A stretch of 26,953 bases of DNA. Source: an uncultured Verrucomicrobiales bacterium (GTDB lineage Bacteria > Verrucomicrobiota > Verrucomicrobiia > Verrucomicrobiales > DEV007). Positions 18,432 to 26,953 of this stretch are shown here, piece by piece. Location: NCBI GenBank assembly GCA_938091905.1, contig CALKOM010000211.1:1-26953 (forward strand), in the 5' to 3' direction. The notes below the pieces were generated by a model, which worked only from the letters and a program-made list of their open reading frames with translations, was not told the origin of the DNA and did not search any database. The position numbers and the translations under genes were made by a program. The stretch's first letter is position 1. Each line of letters starts with the position of its first letter.

Positions 18432-19919
18432 CTACGGCGCCGCCAGGCCCTTCTTCACCATCTCAGCTTTCGAAAGCCGCGGGCGCACCCTCGCAGGCGT
18501 AGGAAGCCCTGTGCGTCGATCAAACTCGTCGGCAGTCCTGAGATCCGGCACATAGTCCTTTGTGTCCTTCTCCCACGCATCGAGCGCCGTCCTCAACGCC
18601 GCCAACGTCTTCTGGTGCGCCGGTTCGGCAACCAGATTGTTGATTTCGTGGGGATCAGCCTCACAATCGTAGAGTTCTTCCATCGGACGTGGCTGAACGA
18701 AGTAGACCGATTGTGCAGGCGTTAGTTTCCCCGAAGCGTGCAGCGCGATCATGGATTGAAAAGTCGGGGAACGTACACCATCTGCGGAGGGCGTCAGCGG
18801 CAAGTCTGGGTAGGCATTGCGAATGTATTTGAATCGCTGGTCACGCGCGGCACGAGCATGCGCCTCGTAGTCATGCCAATTCTGTTCTGCAAAGATCACT
18901 TCCCGAATACTCGCCTTCGGATCCTTGAGGACGGGAACGAAACTCTTTCCTTGAAAGCGTTCGCCTGCCGTGAGCCCGGCAATCTCAAGAAAAGTCGGTG
19001 CGATATCAATTGCACTCACAAGGCTGTCCGTGACTTGCTCAGGCTTCACTTGCTTTGGCCAACGCACGATAAACGGCGTGCGAATGCCAGAATCATAGAT
19101 GGACGTTTTATCGCGAGGAAAGGGTCGGCCATTGTCTGAGATAAACAGGACCAGCGTGTTCTCCGCGATCTTCTGATCCGACAGCTCCTTCATGACCAAA
19201 CCGACATACTTATCCAGGCGTCGAATCTCGTCGTAGTAGAGCGCGTAGTCTCGACGCACCTCTGGGGTATCAAGGTGATAGGGAGCCAACCGAACCTGTG
19301 CAGGGTCCGTCGGTGAGGAAATAATGTTTTCATGATAGGGCCGGTGCGGATCAAGCGCCGCGAGCCAGAGAAAGAAAGGCTTTTCTTTGGGACGCTCTTT
19401 CAGAAGCGGCACCCACTCGGTGCAGCCAGACTGTGCTTCGCCCTCCATCGTCTCGATAAACTTGCCGGCCTGGCCTGCCTCCCCTGTCGGCAGTTGGAAG
19501 CCGGAAGTATCCGTTTCACGAACCAGATCAAAACGGTCGCGCACGGCATCCCCTAGATGCCATTTGCCCGCTGCGGCTGTCCAGTAGCCCCCGTTGCGAA
19601 GTTTCTCCACAAATGTGATCTGCTCGGCAGGCAGTGGCCAATGCAACTCTTCCGCCTCCGTGTTATGAGGATAGCGCCCAGTGATGATGGAAGACCGCGA
19701 GGGCGAACAGGAGGAGGCTGTTAGGAACGCCTGATTGAAACGCATTCCCTGACCCGCCAATTGATCGATGTTCGGCGTTGGCACCTCAGGATTTCCATAG
19801 GCGCCCGAATCATCCCAGGCCATGTCATCCGCAATGATGAAGACAATGTTGGGACGATCCTGAGCGACGGCTCCGCCGACAAACGCCATGAAGAAGGACA
19901 ACAGAACAGGTTTCATCAT
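18432..19919 (-). CDS. Cys-type sulfatase (S1), secreted, sulfamidase-like
   Basis: Signal peptide, RPNIVFIIADD, CSPSRSSIITG (CxPxR), AGKWHLG, DPHRPY, SDNG, EELYDCEADPHEINNL. Confidence 0.95.
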   Translation of the reverse strand: MMKPVLLSFFMAFVGGAVAQDRPNIVFIIADDMAWDDSGAYGNPEVPTPNIDQLAGQGMRFNQAFLTASSCSPSRSSIITGRYPHNTEAEELHWPLPAEQITFVEKLRNGGYWTAAAGKWHLGDAVRDRFDLVRETDTSGFQLPTGEAGQAGKFIETMEGEAQSGCTEWVPLLKERPKEKPFFLWLAALDPHRPYHENIISSPTDPAQVRLAPYHLDTPEVRRDYALYYDEIRRLDKYVGLVMKELSDQKIAENTLVLFISDNGRPFPRDKTSIYDSGIRTPFIVRWPKQVKPEQVTDSLVSAIDIAPTFLEIAGLTAGERFQGKSFVPVLKDPKASIREVIFAEQNWHDYEAHARAARDQRFKYIRNAYPDLPLTPSADGVRSPTFQSMIALHASGKLTPAQSVYFVQPRPMEELYDCEADPHEINNLVAEPAHQKTLAALRTALDAWEKDTKDYVPDLRTADEFDRRTGLPTPARVRPRLSKAEMVKKGLAAP

Positions 19920-19923
19920 AAAG

Positions 19924-20462
19924 TTAGGCTTGAAGCTCCCGACTCAGCTTGACGATTCGCCAGAGCGGGTAAAGCGCAAAGCGGGTAAAGCGCAAAGCAG
20001 GTAAAGCGGGTAAAGCGGGTAAAGCGCAAAGAGGCCAAAGCTGCAATCGATCAACTGCCAGTAAAACGGAATGCCCCGAATCGGACCGCAGATCAGCGCC
20101 AAGGCAAAGACACCGAAGTAGACGACAATCCCCGTGTGAATATTTCCAAGGTAACACACAGGATCCTTGTAGGCGGGTATAAAGAAGAGCGCGATGAAGA
20201 GATGTCCAAAGGCCAGCCAATCCGTGCCGTAGGCGATGAAAGGATATTTCTAATAAGTTGTTTCGAGTCCCTCTCGGACAAACAGAATCCAATGGGCCAA
20301 ACCTGTATAGTCTTCCGGGTTCCAGGAGGCATCCGCACCCACTTGCCACTTGGAAAGAAGGTTCAGTTCGCGCATGAGCGGGAACGCGGTCACACCCGAT
20401 AAAACAAGGCCGACAATGATCACAACGGGCCAGAATCGGAGACGGATGAGTGGCGATTTCAT
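19924..20462 (-). pseudogene. Conserved small membrane protein inactivated by an in-frame TAG (20250-20252) and a repeat-induced frameshift
   Basis: ORFs 20250..20462 and 19944..20159 share a frame: …LSGVTAFPL…GLETTY*KYPFIAYGTDWLAFGHLFIA…DPV…GPIRGIPFYWQLIDCSFG. The likely native end FALYPLWRIVKLSRELQA* (TAA 19924-19926) is now out of frame. Confidence 0.8.
19965..20030. repeat. Compound tandem repeat, 66 bp
   Basis: Five GC(G/A)GGTAAA 9-mers interleaved with three GCGCAAA 7-mers. Confidence 0.9.
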
Positions 20463-20473
20463 TCTCGGCTAAC

Positions 20474-22834
20474 CTAGCCGCTGTCGCCACGCAGGTCAGG
20501 CACTTCAATCAAACTCTGGGGCAATCCAGAGAGGAAGAACTCGTCCATGAGAACCACGCCAGCACTGGGATTCTCCGTATCAAACACGTAGCTTCGAACG
20601 GCCCCATCACCCGTATCCAATATAGAAAACACCGTGAGGCGATTGCTAGACACGAACGGCAACGGATTGGAAAACCCTTCCCACGCCTGCATCGGATTGA
20701 AATGCGTGGGCGCAATCACAATACGACCATGAGGATCGCCAGGAGGAAAGGCACCACTCAGCCATGTCTCGCTTTCAGATCCATCATCATAACGCGCACC
20801 GAAACTGTTGCCAACGTTAGATGACTCCAGGTAATGCATCGTCCCCACTTTCGATCGATTCCACAGATGAGAGTGCCCGCAGAAGACCAAGTCGACACCC
20901 GCGTTCACAAGCAGCGGCCCTATCTGATGTCTCCACAGATCTTCTTCCGTTTCGTAGGCATAGTCAATCGACGTGATCGAGCCCAGCAACGGAGCAATCT
21001 GAGCATCCCATTCGCTTTCTGTGAGAGGAAAAGTGATCTCAAGGGTCTTCGGTCCACTTCCCAGATCGTAGTCAATCTTCGCTTCCTGAGCAGCAACCAC
21101 AGGATACGCATTGTCTCCCAGGCCAAAGACGGTCTGATGCGCCATGACAACCTTGTACTTGGCATTCTGAAAGGCAGAGCTCGCCAATTCCGAAACCAGC
21201 CAGTCGTATTGGGCCGTTCCCATGCCGATGCCTTCGAAGAGATGATCGCCAAACCCCCAGGCATTGGGACCGTTCACAGAAGCAGGAGCTTCACCTTCCT
21301 TGCCTTTGCGGCTGCTCCCCCACAGCCTCCAAATCCGGTTGAGGTGAAGACCAATGATAAACACATCGCCGTATTGGTGAGACCAATAAGGCAATTCTGT
21401 TCCGGACGGTGATGGCCACATTTCATCATAGGTCAGGTTCTCGTGTGAATGATTTCTAACATAGTCAGGATCTGCAGTATTGCCTCCCGCCAGGTAATCC
21501 CGGTAACGGATCCCCGAATACCATCTTGGCTGGGAGTCGTTGTACATGGTCACAATATCATTCTGCTCAGGAAACCATCGCCCCGACACCTCATGGTTCC
21601 CCAGGATTCCCAACAAAGGCGCGCGCTGGAGCAGCGCTCCACCATGAAAAGTGCCACCGAAATGCAGCTGTCGAAGGCGACCTTGCATTGCAGGAAAGAA
21701 AGCGGGTCGATCCTCATTCGCCCGATCAAACCACTGTGACGCACGATTGGGATGGTCGACAAAGTCCCCCGCAAAGAACACGGCGTCCAATAAGCCTGAG
21801 ACCTCCTCGACCTCCTCGACCTCCTCGACCTCCTCGACCTTCTCGACCTTCTCGTAATTCGCCCCTGACATCGCACGATTCTGCTGATCCGATGTCAACA
21901 GCACCCTGACTCGTTGCCCTATCGCTGGCTTTGGTTGCAACGTGTAGACGTTGCTACGGAAGCGCTGCGCCGAGTCGTTCACACTTTCTACAAAGTAAGG
22001 ATTTCGTTTTCCTGCTATCAAAGACGATGCGACAGCTTCATGCCTCCAAACGTTACGCGCCCGCACGCCCGAAGCCGTGGGCTCACCCAGCTCAGCCGTC
22101 AAGCCAGCGGGCAGCTCCGAATCATCGTCTTCTAACATTCGGGAAAGCTTTGTCGTGGTCGCGGGCACCACCTGATCTAGCCCATCACCATACACCAACC
22201 GATGCCCAGATCCGAAAAAGGACGTGTATCACACGACAATCACCAAACTGGAAGTGGAATTCTGCAACAGTAGATCCGTCAGGAGTCCGTCCTCAATCAG
22301 AAACTCCTCAGCGGCAAGGAGTGAGGGCAATGCCTCCTCCTCAGGCATGACCCGTGTTCGGAGGAAGAGTCGGTCTGTATCTTCAATTAGTGCAGTCGTC
22401 CTCACAGAAATCGATTCCATGGATCCCTGAGACACGCGGTTTACCAGACGTGTCGAAGACGTGATTGGCACCTCAAGACGTGGCGAGAAGACCGCTGCGG
22501 GCGCCCATTGCTTGGCATCGCTAGAGGATTCAATGACAGTTGCCAGAGGGGGATCTGCAACCTGATATGGAAACGTTAGGAACAAATAGCGATCCCCGTA
22601 TTCATCAACGAAGGCCCACTCAATAGGCTCTGAAGACACGTTCGGATCGGTATCCTGCGCTTACTCCTGTAGATTCGCATAGAGATCGTTGTCCGGATCC
22701 GCCTCATCTCCCCACACCGTCAGCTCTTTGGTAGGGTCTGCCACAGTTTCTGGGAAGTGAAGGAGCCGCCACGCCGCTAAATCGGCAAAGCATGGGGAGA
22801 CACCGATCAACAAGGCAACAAGCCAGAACTTCAC
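20474..22834 (-). pseudogene. Secreted purple-acid-phosphatase-like metallophosphoesterase with an N-terminal accessory module; two in-frame stops
   Basis: ORFs 22661..22888, 22229..22639 and 20474..22198 are all in one frame. Stops: TAA 22661-22663 (NLQE*AQDTDP) and TGA 22229-22231 (LVIVV*YTSF). Catalytic motifs LLTSDQQ, AGDFVD, GNHE, MAHQ, GHSH. Likely start GTG 22834 (KFWLVALLIGVSPCFA). Confidence 0.82.
21800..21853. repeat. In-frame 9-bp tandem repeat x6
   Basis: 4x GACCTCCTC plus 2x GACCTTCTC, encoding EKV-EKV-EEV-EEV-EEV-EEV on the minus strand. Confidence 0.95.
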
Positions 22835-22973
22835 CGCCAAGCATTGCCATGCTTCACGCCAGTTCACCAGGAGATTCCGTAGCGACACCGGGCCCCTGAA
22901 ATTGGGCTGGCCTTCTCAATTCATAAGAGTCAATCCTGGACATCTTCAAGACAAGCCCACCAAACCAAGAGAC

Positions 22974-23741
22974 ATGACATTCCGAAATCGATTCAAGGAC
23001 CGTGTTGCGGTCGTTACGGGAGGTGCCCAAGGCCTTGGCAAAGCCATTGCTTGGCGCATCTTAGAAGAAGGCGGGTCGATCGTTCTCTGCGACCGCGACG
23101 CTCCCCTGGGTCAAGAGGTTGCGGCCTCCGCTCAAGACGCTTTCTTCAAAGATTGCGTGCACTTTCTGCCCTTGGACATCACGAATGAGTCGAGCGTGGA
23201 ATCTGGCTTTGCTGAAGCACACTCAAGATTTGGAAAACTGGATATTCTCGTCAATGCGGCGGGCATTGTCGGACCCAACAATGTTCGCATCACAGAAACA
23301 CCCACAGAAGGGTTTGAGGAAGTCCTTCGAGTGAATCTCACCGGCAGTTTTCTCGTGACCAAGCATATCCTACCATTCATGCAACAGGCCGACTACGGAC
23401 GCGTTCTTCTCATCGCATCCATCGCTGGAAAGGAGGGCAATGCTGGCATGAGCAGCTATTCTACGAGCAAGGCCGGAGTGATTGGTTTGGTCAAAAGCGT
23501 GGGCAAAGAATTCGCCGAGTCCAACATCACGGTAAACGGCTTGGCTCCCGCCGTGATCCGCACGCAGATGGTCGAGGACATGGAGCCTGCTCAGGTTGAA
23601 TACATGACTTCTCGGATTCCCATGAAGCGGTGCGGCACACTCGATGAAGTCAGCGCCCTCGCCACATGGATTGTATCCGAGGAAGCAAGCTTCAATACAG
23701 GATTCACCTTCGACCTGACTGGAGGACGAGCCGTCTACTAA
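22974..23741 (+). CDS. SDR family oxidoreductase (2-keto-3-deoxy sugar-acid dehydrogenase/FabG-like)
   Basis: TGGAQGLG, LVNAAG, ASIAGKEGN, YSTSK catalytic motif, FDLTGGRAVY end. Start set at ATG 22974. Confidence 0.9.
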   Translation: MTFRNRFKDRVAVVTGGAQGLGKAIAWRILEEGGSIVLCDRDAPLGQEVAASAQDAFFKDCVHFLPLDITNESSVESGFAEAHSRFGKLDILVNAAGIVGPNNVRITETPTEGFEEVLRVNLTGSFLVTKHILPFMQQADYGRVLLIASIAGKEGNAGMSSYSTSKAGVIGLVKSVGKEFAESNITVNGLAPAVIRTQMVEDMEPAQVEYMTSRIPMKRCGTLDEVSALATWIVSEEASFNTGFTFDLTGGRAVY

Positions 23742-23743
23742 GT

Positions 23744-24265
23744 CTAGCCCTGGAGGTAGTAGTTGTCAGGAAGTTCGAATGCATTCTCCACCCGCTGAAT
23801 GTGAGGACGTTTTCCCTCGGTCAGAATCACCTCAACGACGTCAAAGCGGAAGAGCACATCCGTGCGGCTGAGGAGTCGAAGCCATTCAAGCGCACCTCGT
23901 GCGATCAGTTGCTGCTTCTGTTCGTCGACCGCTTCGATCGGGCGACCATATGCTGTCGACGTGCGCGTCTTCACTTCAACAAAAGCCAGCGTCTCGCCAT
24001 GCCTGCAAACAATGTCCACCTCGCCTCCCTGCGGAGCGCGGAAGTTCCGGTGGAGCACTTTCATCATTTCCTGGCGCCGAAGGAAATGGGCAGCGAGCGC
24101 TTCGCCCCGTCGTCCGATCTCATCCTTGTCAGCCTCACCCAGCTCGACGGGAGTGGCGAGGGGATCATGCAGCCAATCGCGCCACCAGCACGCGAGCCAC
24201 TCCCCACCAATTGCCTTCCAGAGACCAGCGGCGAGGTGCCATTTCTCGGAATCAACCGAATTCAT
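23744..24265 (-). CDS. yraN: YraN (UPF0102) family PD-(D/E)xK protein; start uncertain
   Basis: GRRGEALAAHFL, RNFR, GEVDIV, FVEVKTR, RFDVV, ENAF. Confidence 0.88.
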   Translation of the reverse strand: MNSVDSEKWHLAAGLWKAIGGEWLACWWRDWLHDPLATPVELGEADKDEIGRRGEALAAHFLRRQEMMKVLHRNFRAPQGGEVDIVCRHGETLAFVEVKTRTSTAYGRPIEAVDEQKQQLIARGALEWLRLLSRTDVLFRFDVVEVILTEGKRPHIQRVENAFELPDNYYLQG

Positions 24266-24357
24266 GGCAAGATCATGAGACAAGAGAGAGGGCTGGCCAA
24301 CGCTAAATCGATGCATCGATTGACCACATCGCGATCTTTCGTAACGCTCCGGGTGTC

Positions 24358-26313
24358 ATGCTGATGAAACTCTCCTTCTCATTCCTCGTACTCCTCCTCT
24401 GCAGCGCGAGCGTTTGGGCGCAAGGAGGTGGAGTGCAATCAGCACGAGTTCCCGTTTCAAAGGATGCCGTCATTTATGGGGAAGACCAGATCGACGAGAC
24501 CACGCGAGGGAATGGCCGCGGTCAGTTTCTGCACATTGGCAACTTCCAGTTTGGTGTCTACCGCCGAGCTCTCGTCGACTTCAACTTCGATGGTATCGTC
24601 CCCCCGGGCTCCACGATCCTAAGTGCCCAGTTCGTTGTCACGCCCAGCGCCGTCACCGCCACTAGCGGCATGCTGATCTATCGAGTCGGTTCTCGGTGGG
24701 CACCAGGCACCTCCGCTCCTGTGACTCCGGAAGACGGCTACTTTGGCCGACCAGCCGAGACAGGTGACCCCACTTGGTTCTTTCGCGTCTACGCAGCCGA
24801 CAATCCAGCGCGTCGCCAGTCGTGGCAGCAGCCAGGGGGTGACTTTGTTCCTGATCAACCACTCGTCGCAGATTTGGGCAGCACACAAGGCGATACCGTG
24901 GTCTACACGAGCGAACAGCTCCTAGCAGATGTCCAGAGTATGATCGCTCGACCTGATCAGCACTTTGGATGGATCTTGTTAAGCGATGAAGGTAATATAT
25001 CGACCGGCATCTATCAGTTTCCTAGTACAGACAATGAAGATGAAACGGTACGCCCCTATTTGGACATCACCTTTTCCGCCCCCAGCGACACCGAGAAAGT
25101 GGTGACGAACTACGACATTCTCGACACCATCGCTGGAGCAGGAGAGAAGGATGACCGGGACAATCACTGGCGGACCCGCTATGAAGGCGGCGATGCCAAA
25201 GAGGCTGAGCTCTCGCAACCAGCAACCGCAGTGGCTGATACAAACGGCGTGGTCTACATCCCTGACACCTATGCGCATGCGATCCGTCGTGTAACCACGG
25301 ACGGAAAGATCGAAACGATCGCGGGCACAGGCATAGCAGGTGATAACGGAGAGTCCGGAATCGCTTTAGAGATGCAGCTTAGTCGGCCAAATGGTCTCAC
25401 TGTTTTAGACGACGGTAATGTTTACGTGTTAGACACTGGCAATAAACGTGTCTGCAAAGTGACTCCTGAGGGCGAGTTCACTACGGTCTTCCGTGACGAG
25501 ACCGAGCCTGCACTGCGTACTGGCTATGGACTGTGGGTTGCCCAAGACACTTCTAGTATTGTCTATTCAAGCCATTCCGCGCTCAAACGTTGGACCGCCA
25601 GTGATGGCTCCATCACCATTCTCGCGAGCGGGTTTGATGAACTTGCCAACATCTCAAAGGACACGTTGACAGGAGATTTCTTGGTCACAGATATCGAAGA
25701 CTCGACGGTGTGGCGCGTGCCTGAAAAAGGCGGCTCTCGCAAACAGATCGCCGGTGGCGGGATCAGCGATTCTCCTAATCGAGATGCCCTCGAAGTACGT
25801 CTTGATGGGGTGCGAGGCGTGGCAGCCGCAGGACATGGAGGCTACTTCCTCACGACGGAAACTGGCGGAGATCTTTGGTACGTGGATACCAGTGAAATTG
25901 CAGACATCCTTCTCTATGGCGCTGGCCGATTCGATATTGTGGATGGCGACGGTCAGGTTCTTCGCGATCTCTACGAAAACAGTCCCGGAAACGTTATGTC
26001 CCAGCCCTTCTCAATCACCGTCGCTCCAAATGGTGACCTTCTCATGATGACCAACGTAGCCGGCGTGCTTCGTGTCATTCGCAAAGGACGCAAACCAGAA
26101 ATTGTGAACACTGGTCTGAACAGAGAGGGAGATTACTCTCTAACGTGGACCAGCCAAATTCAGAGGCTCTACATCATTGAGAACAGCGATAATCTGCTAG
26201 ACTGGAAAACTCGCACGGAGGTAAGCGCTACTGGCAATAGAACCTCATTCTCCACGATCATCGATGAGGATACACCACAGCAACACTTCCGCGTACGGCT
26301 TTACTATCCGTAA
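24358..26313 (+). CDS. Secreted protein: DNRLRE/CBM96-like domain, NHL-repeat beta-propeller and C-terminal beta module
   Basis: Signal peptide ending SVWA. KDAVIY…RRALVDF…ILSAQF…W…GGDF…FGWIL…RPYLDITF (DNRLRE-like). DTYAHAIRRV, TIAGTG, RPNGL, DTGNKRV (NHL). C-terminus LTWTS…YIIENSDNLLDW…FRVR. Confidence 0.75.
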   Translation: MLMKLSFSFLVLLLCSASVWAQGGGVQSARVPVSKDAVIYGEDQIDETTRGNGRGQFLHIGNFQFGVYRRALVDFNFDGIVPPGSTILSAQFVVTPSAVTATSGMLIYRVGSRWAPGTSAPVTPEDGYFGRPAETGDPTWFFRVYAADNPARRQSWQQPGGDFVPDQPLVADLGSTQGDTVVYTSEQLLADVQSMIARPDQHFGWILLSDEGNISTGIYQFPSTDNEDETVRPYLDITFSAPSDTEKVVTNYDILDTIAGAGEKDDRDNHWRTRYEGGDAKEAELSQPATAVADTNGVVYIPDTYAHAIRRVTTDGKIETIAGTGIAGDNGESGIALEMQLSRPNGLTVLDDGNVYVLDTGNKRVCKVTPEGEFTTVFRDETEPALRTGYGLWVAQDTSSIVYSSHSALKRWTASDGSITILASGFDELANISKDTLTGDFLVTDIEDSTVWRVPEKGGSRKQIAGGGISDSPNRDALEVRLDGVRGVAAAGHGGYFLTTETGGDLWYVDTSEIADILLYGAGRFDIVDGDGQVLRDLYENSPGNVMSQPFSITVAPNGDLLMMTNVAGVLRVIRKGRKPEIVNTGLNREGDYSLTWTSQIQRLYIIENSDNLLDWKTRTEVSATGNRTSFSTIIDEDTPQQHFRVRLYYP

Positions 26314-26346
26314 CCGATCCCTAGTATGTAAGTCTCTGCTGAATGC

Positions 26347-26364
26347 GTATCCGATTTGTATCCG
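26347..26364 (+). repeat. GTATCCG direct repeat with 11-bp period; possible integrase arm-binding site
   Basis: GTATCCGatttGTATCCG, about 40 nt upstream of the integrase relic. Confidence 0.45.
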
Positions 26365-26406
26365 CTTTTGTTGGATTTCTGCCTTTGATTAAGATACTCT
26401 CGCTAC

Positions 26407-26797
26407 ATGGCTTTAGGAACCTCAGCGAAGGTGCGACGCGTTAAGCACCCAAGATATAAGTAGATAGTCACCTACTCGATCAACGCCATACGTCAGAAGA
26501 AATACTTCAACCGTAAGCAGGAAGCTGAGGAGTTTAAAGACGCGAGAGAAAAGGAGTCTATTGAACACGGGACTTCAGAGCTCACGGCCACGGAGAGGGC
26601 TGCGGTGCTTGATCTCCGAGATCGCTTGGCCAGTTGTGGCGGTTCCGTCAGGGAGGCGCTAGAAGCCTTCTGTGCGCAACGTGAGAGCGCATCGAGATCT
26701 ACCGATGTGGAATCCCTAGTGGCCGATCTCATCGCCACCAAGGAACGCGAGGGACAGTCCAAGCGCTATTTGCAAGACCTACGCTCTCGCCTTGCTG
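26407..26797 (+). pseudogene. N-terminal relic of a phage/ICE-type tyrosine integrase
   Basis: MALGTSAKVRRVKHPRYK*IVTYSINAIRQKKYFNRKQEAEEF…GGSVREALEAF…VESLVADLIATKEREGQSKRYLQDLRSRLA resembles arm-binding plus core-binding regions. In-frame TAG at 26461-26463; no catalytic domain follows. Confidence 0.65.
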
Positions 26798-26953
26798 GCA
26801 ATCCTCATCACCGTTTTCACTGCATGCTCGGAGCCTCCAGCTACCAGGGCACAACAACCGAGAAGCAAGGCATCAGTCCAGGCTCTCTCCGCTCTCATTG
26901 ATCCTGCCAAGCTAGACACGCTCAAGAGTGATCGTGCAGCCAATCCTAGACTC
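26792..26953 (+). pseudogene. 5'-truncated lipoprotein-like gene running off the window
   Basis: Open frame LLAILITVFTACSEPPATRAQQPRSKASVQALSALIDPAKLDTLKSDRAANPRL with a lipobox-like FTAC. No nearby ATG upstream in frame. Confidence 0.45.

Noticed and set aside
19965..21853. CRISPR array interpretation of the two repeats
   Set aside because: Units are 7-16 bp and directly tandem, with no spacers and no cas genes.
23666..24364. 232-aa plus-strand ORF, and similar overlapping ORFs inside acnA, SNF2, the sulfatase and DUF1800
   Set aside because: Antisense or off-frame shadows of well-supported genes with no recognisable motifs.
62..26463. Whole-genome stop-codon reassignment (e.g. TGA=Trp or TAA=Tyr)
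   Set aside because: All three stop codons occur internally. TAA, TAG and TGA each end conserved genes at the expected position (mrp, acnA, yqgE). Long core genes have no internal stops, and the broken genes also carry frameshifts and eroded motifs.

Overview
Bacterial chromosomal segment of moderate GC content, most likely Verrucomicrobiota (inferred from the protein families, not from a search). Intact genes: pdeM-type metallophosphoesterase, a divergent nSTAND1-like NTPase, a standalone class III nucleotide cyclase, GYF_2-AIM24 (TIGR00266), SWIM-SNF2 helicase, mrp/apbC, tRNA-Ala(GGC), yqgE/algH, acnA, a Cys-type sulfatase, an SDR, yraN and a secreted DNRLRE/NHL-repeat protein. The ORF track hides the main signal: many 'separate' ORFs are single genes broken by in-frame stops or slippage frameshifts. 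These are DUF1800, a DUF1501 relic, a secreted purple-acid-phosphatase-like gene, a membrane protein, a secreted two-module protein and a tyrosine-integrase relic. Housekeeping genes are untouched. The stops fall largely at inferred Tyr (TAA x4) and Trp (TGA x2, TAG x1) positions. This fits ongoing erosion of accessory, mostly secreted-protein genes better than genetic-code reassignment. A recurring ~60-100 aa 'LTW...Y.IE.S..L..W...FRVR' module occurs in several secreted proteins and may be a lineage-specific sorting or anchoring domain. All family calls come from motif recognition, with no database searches.
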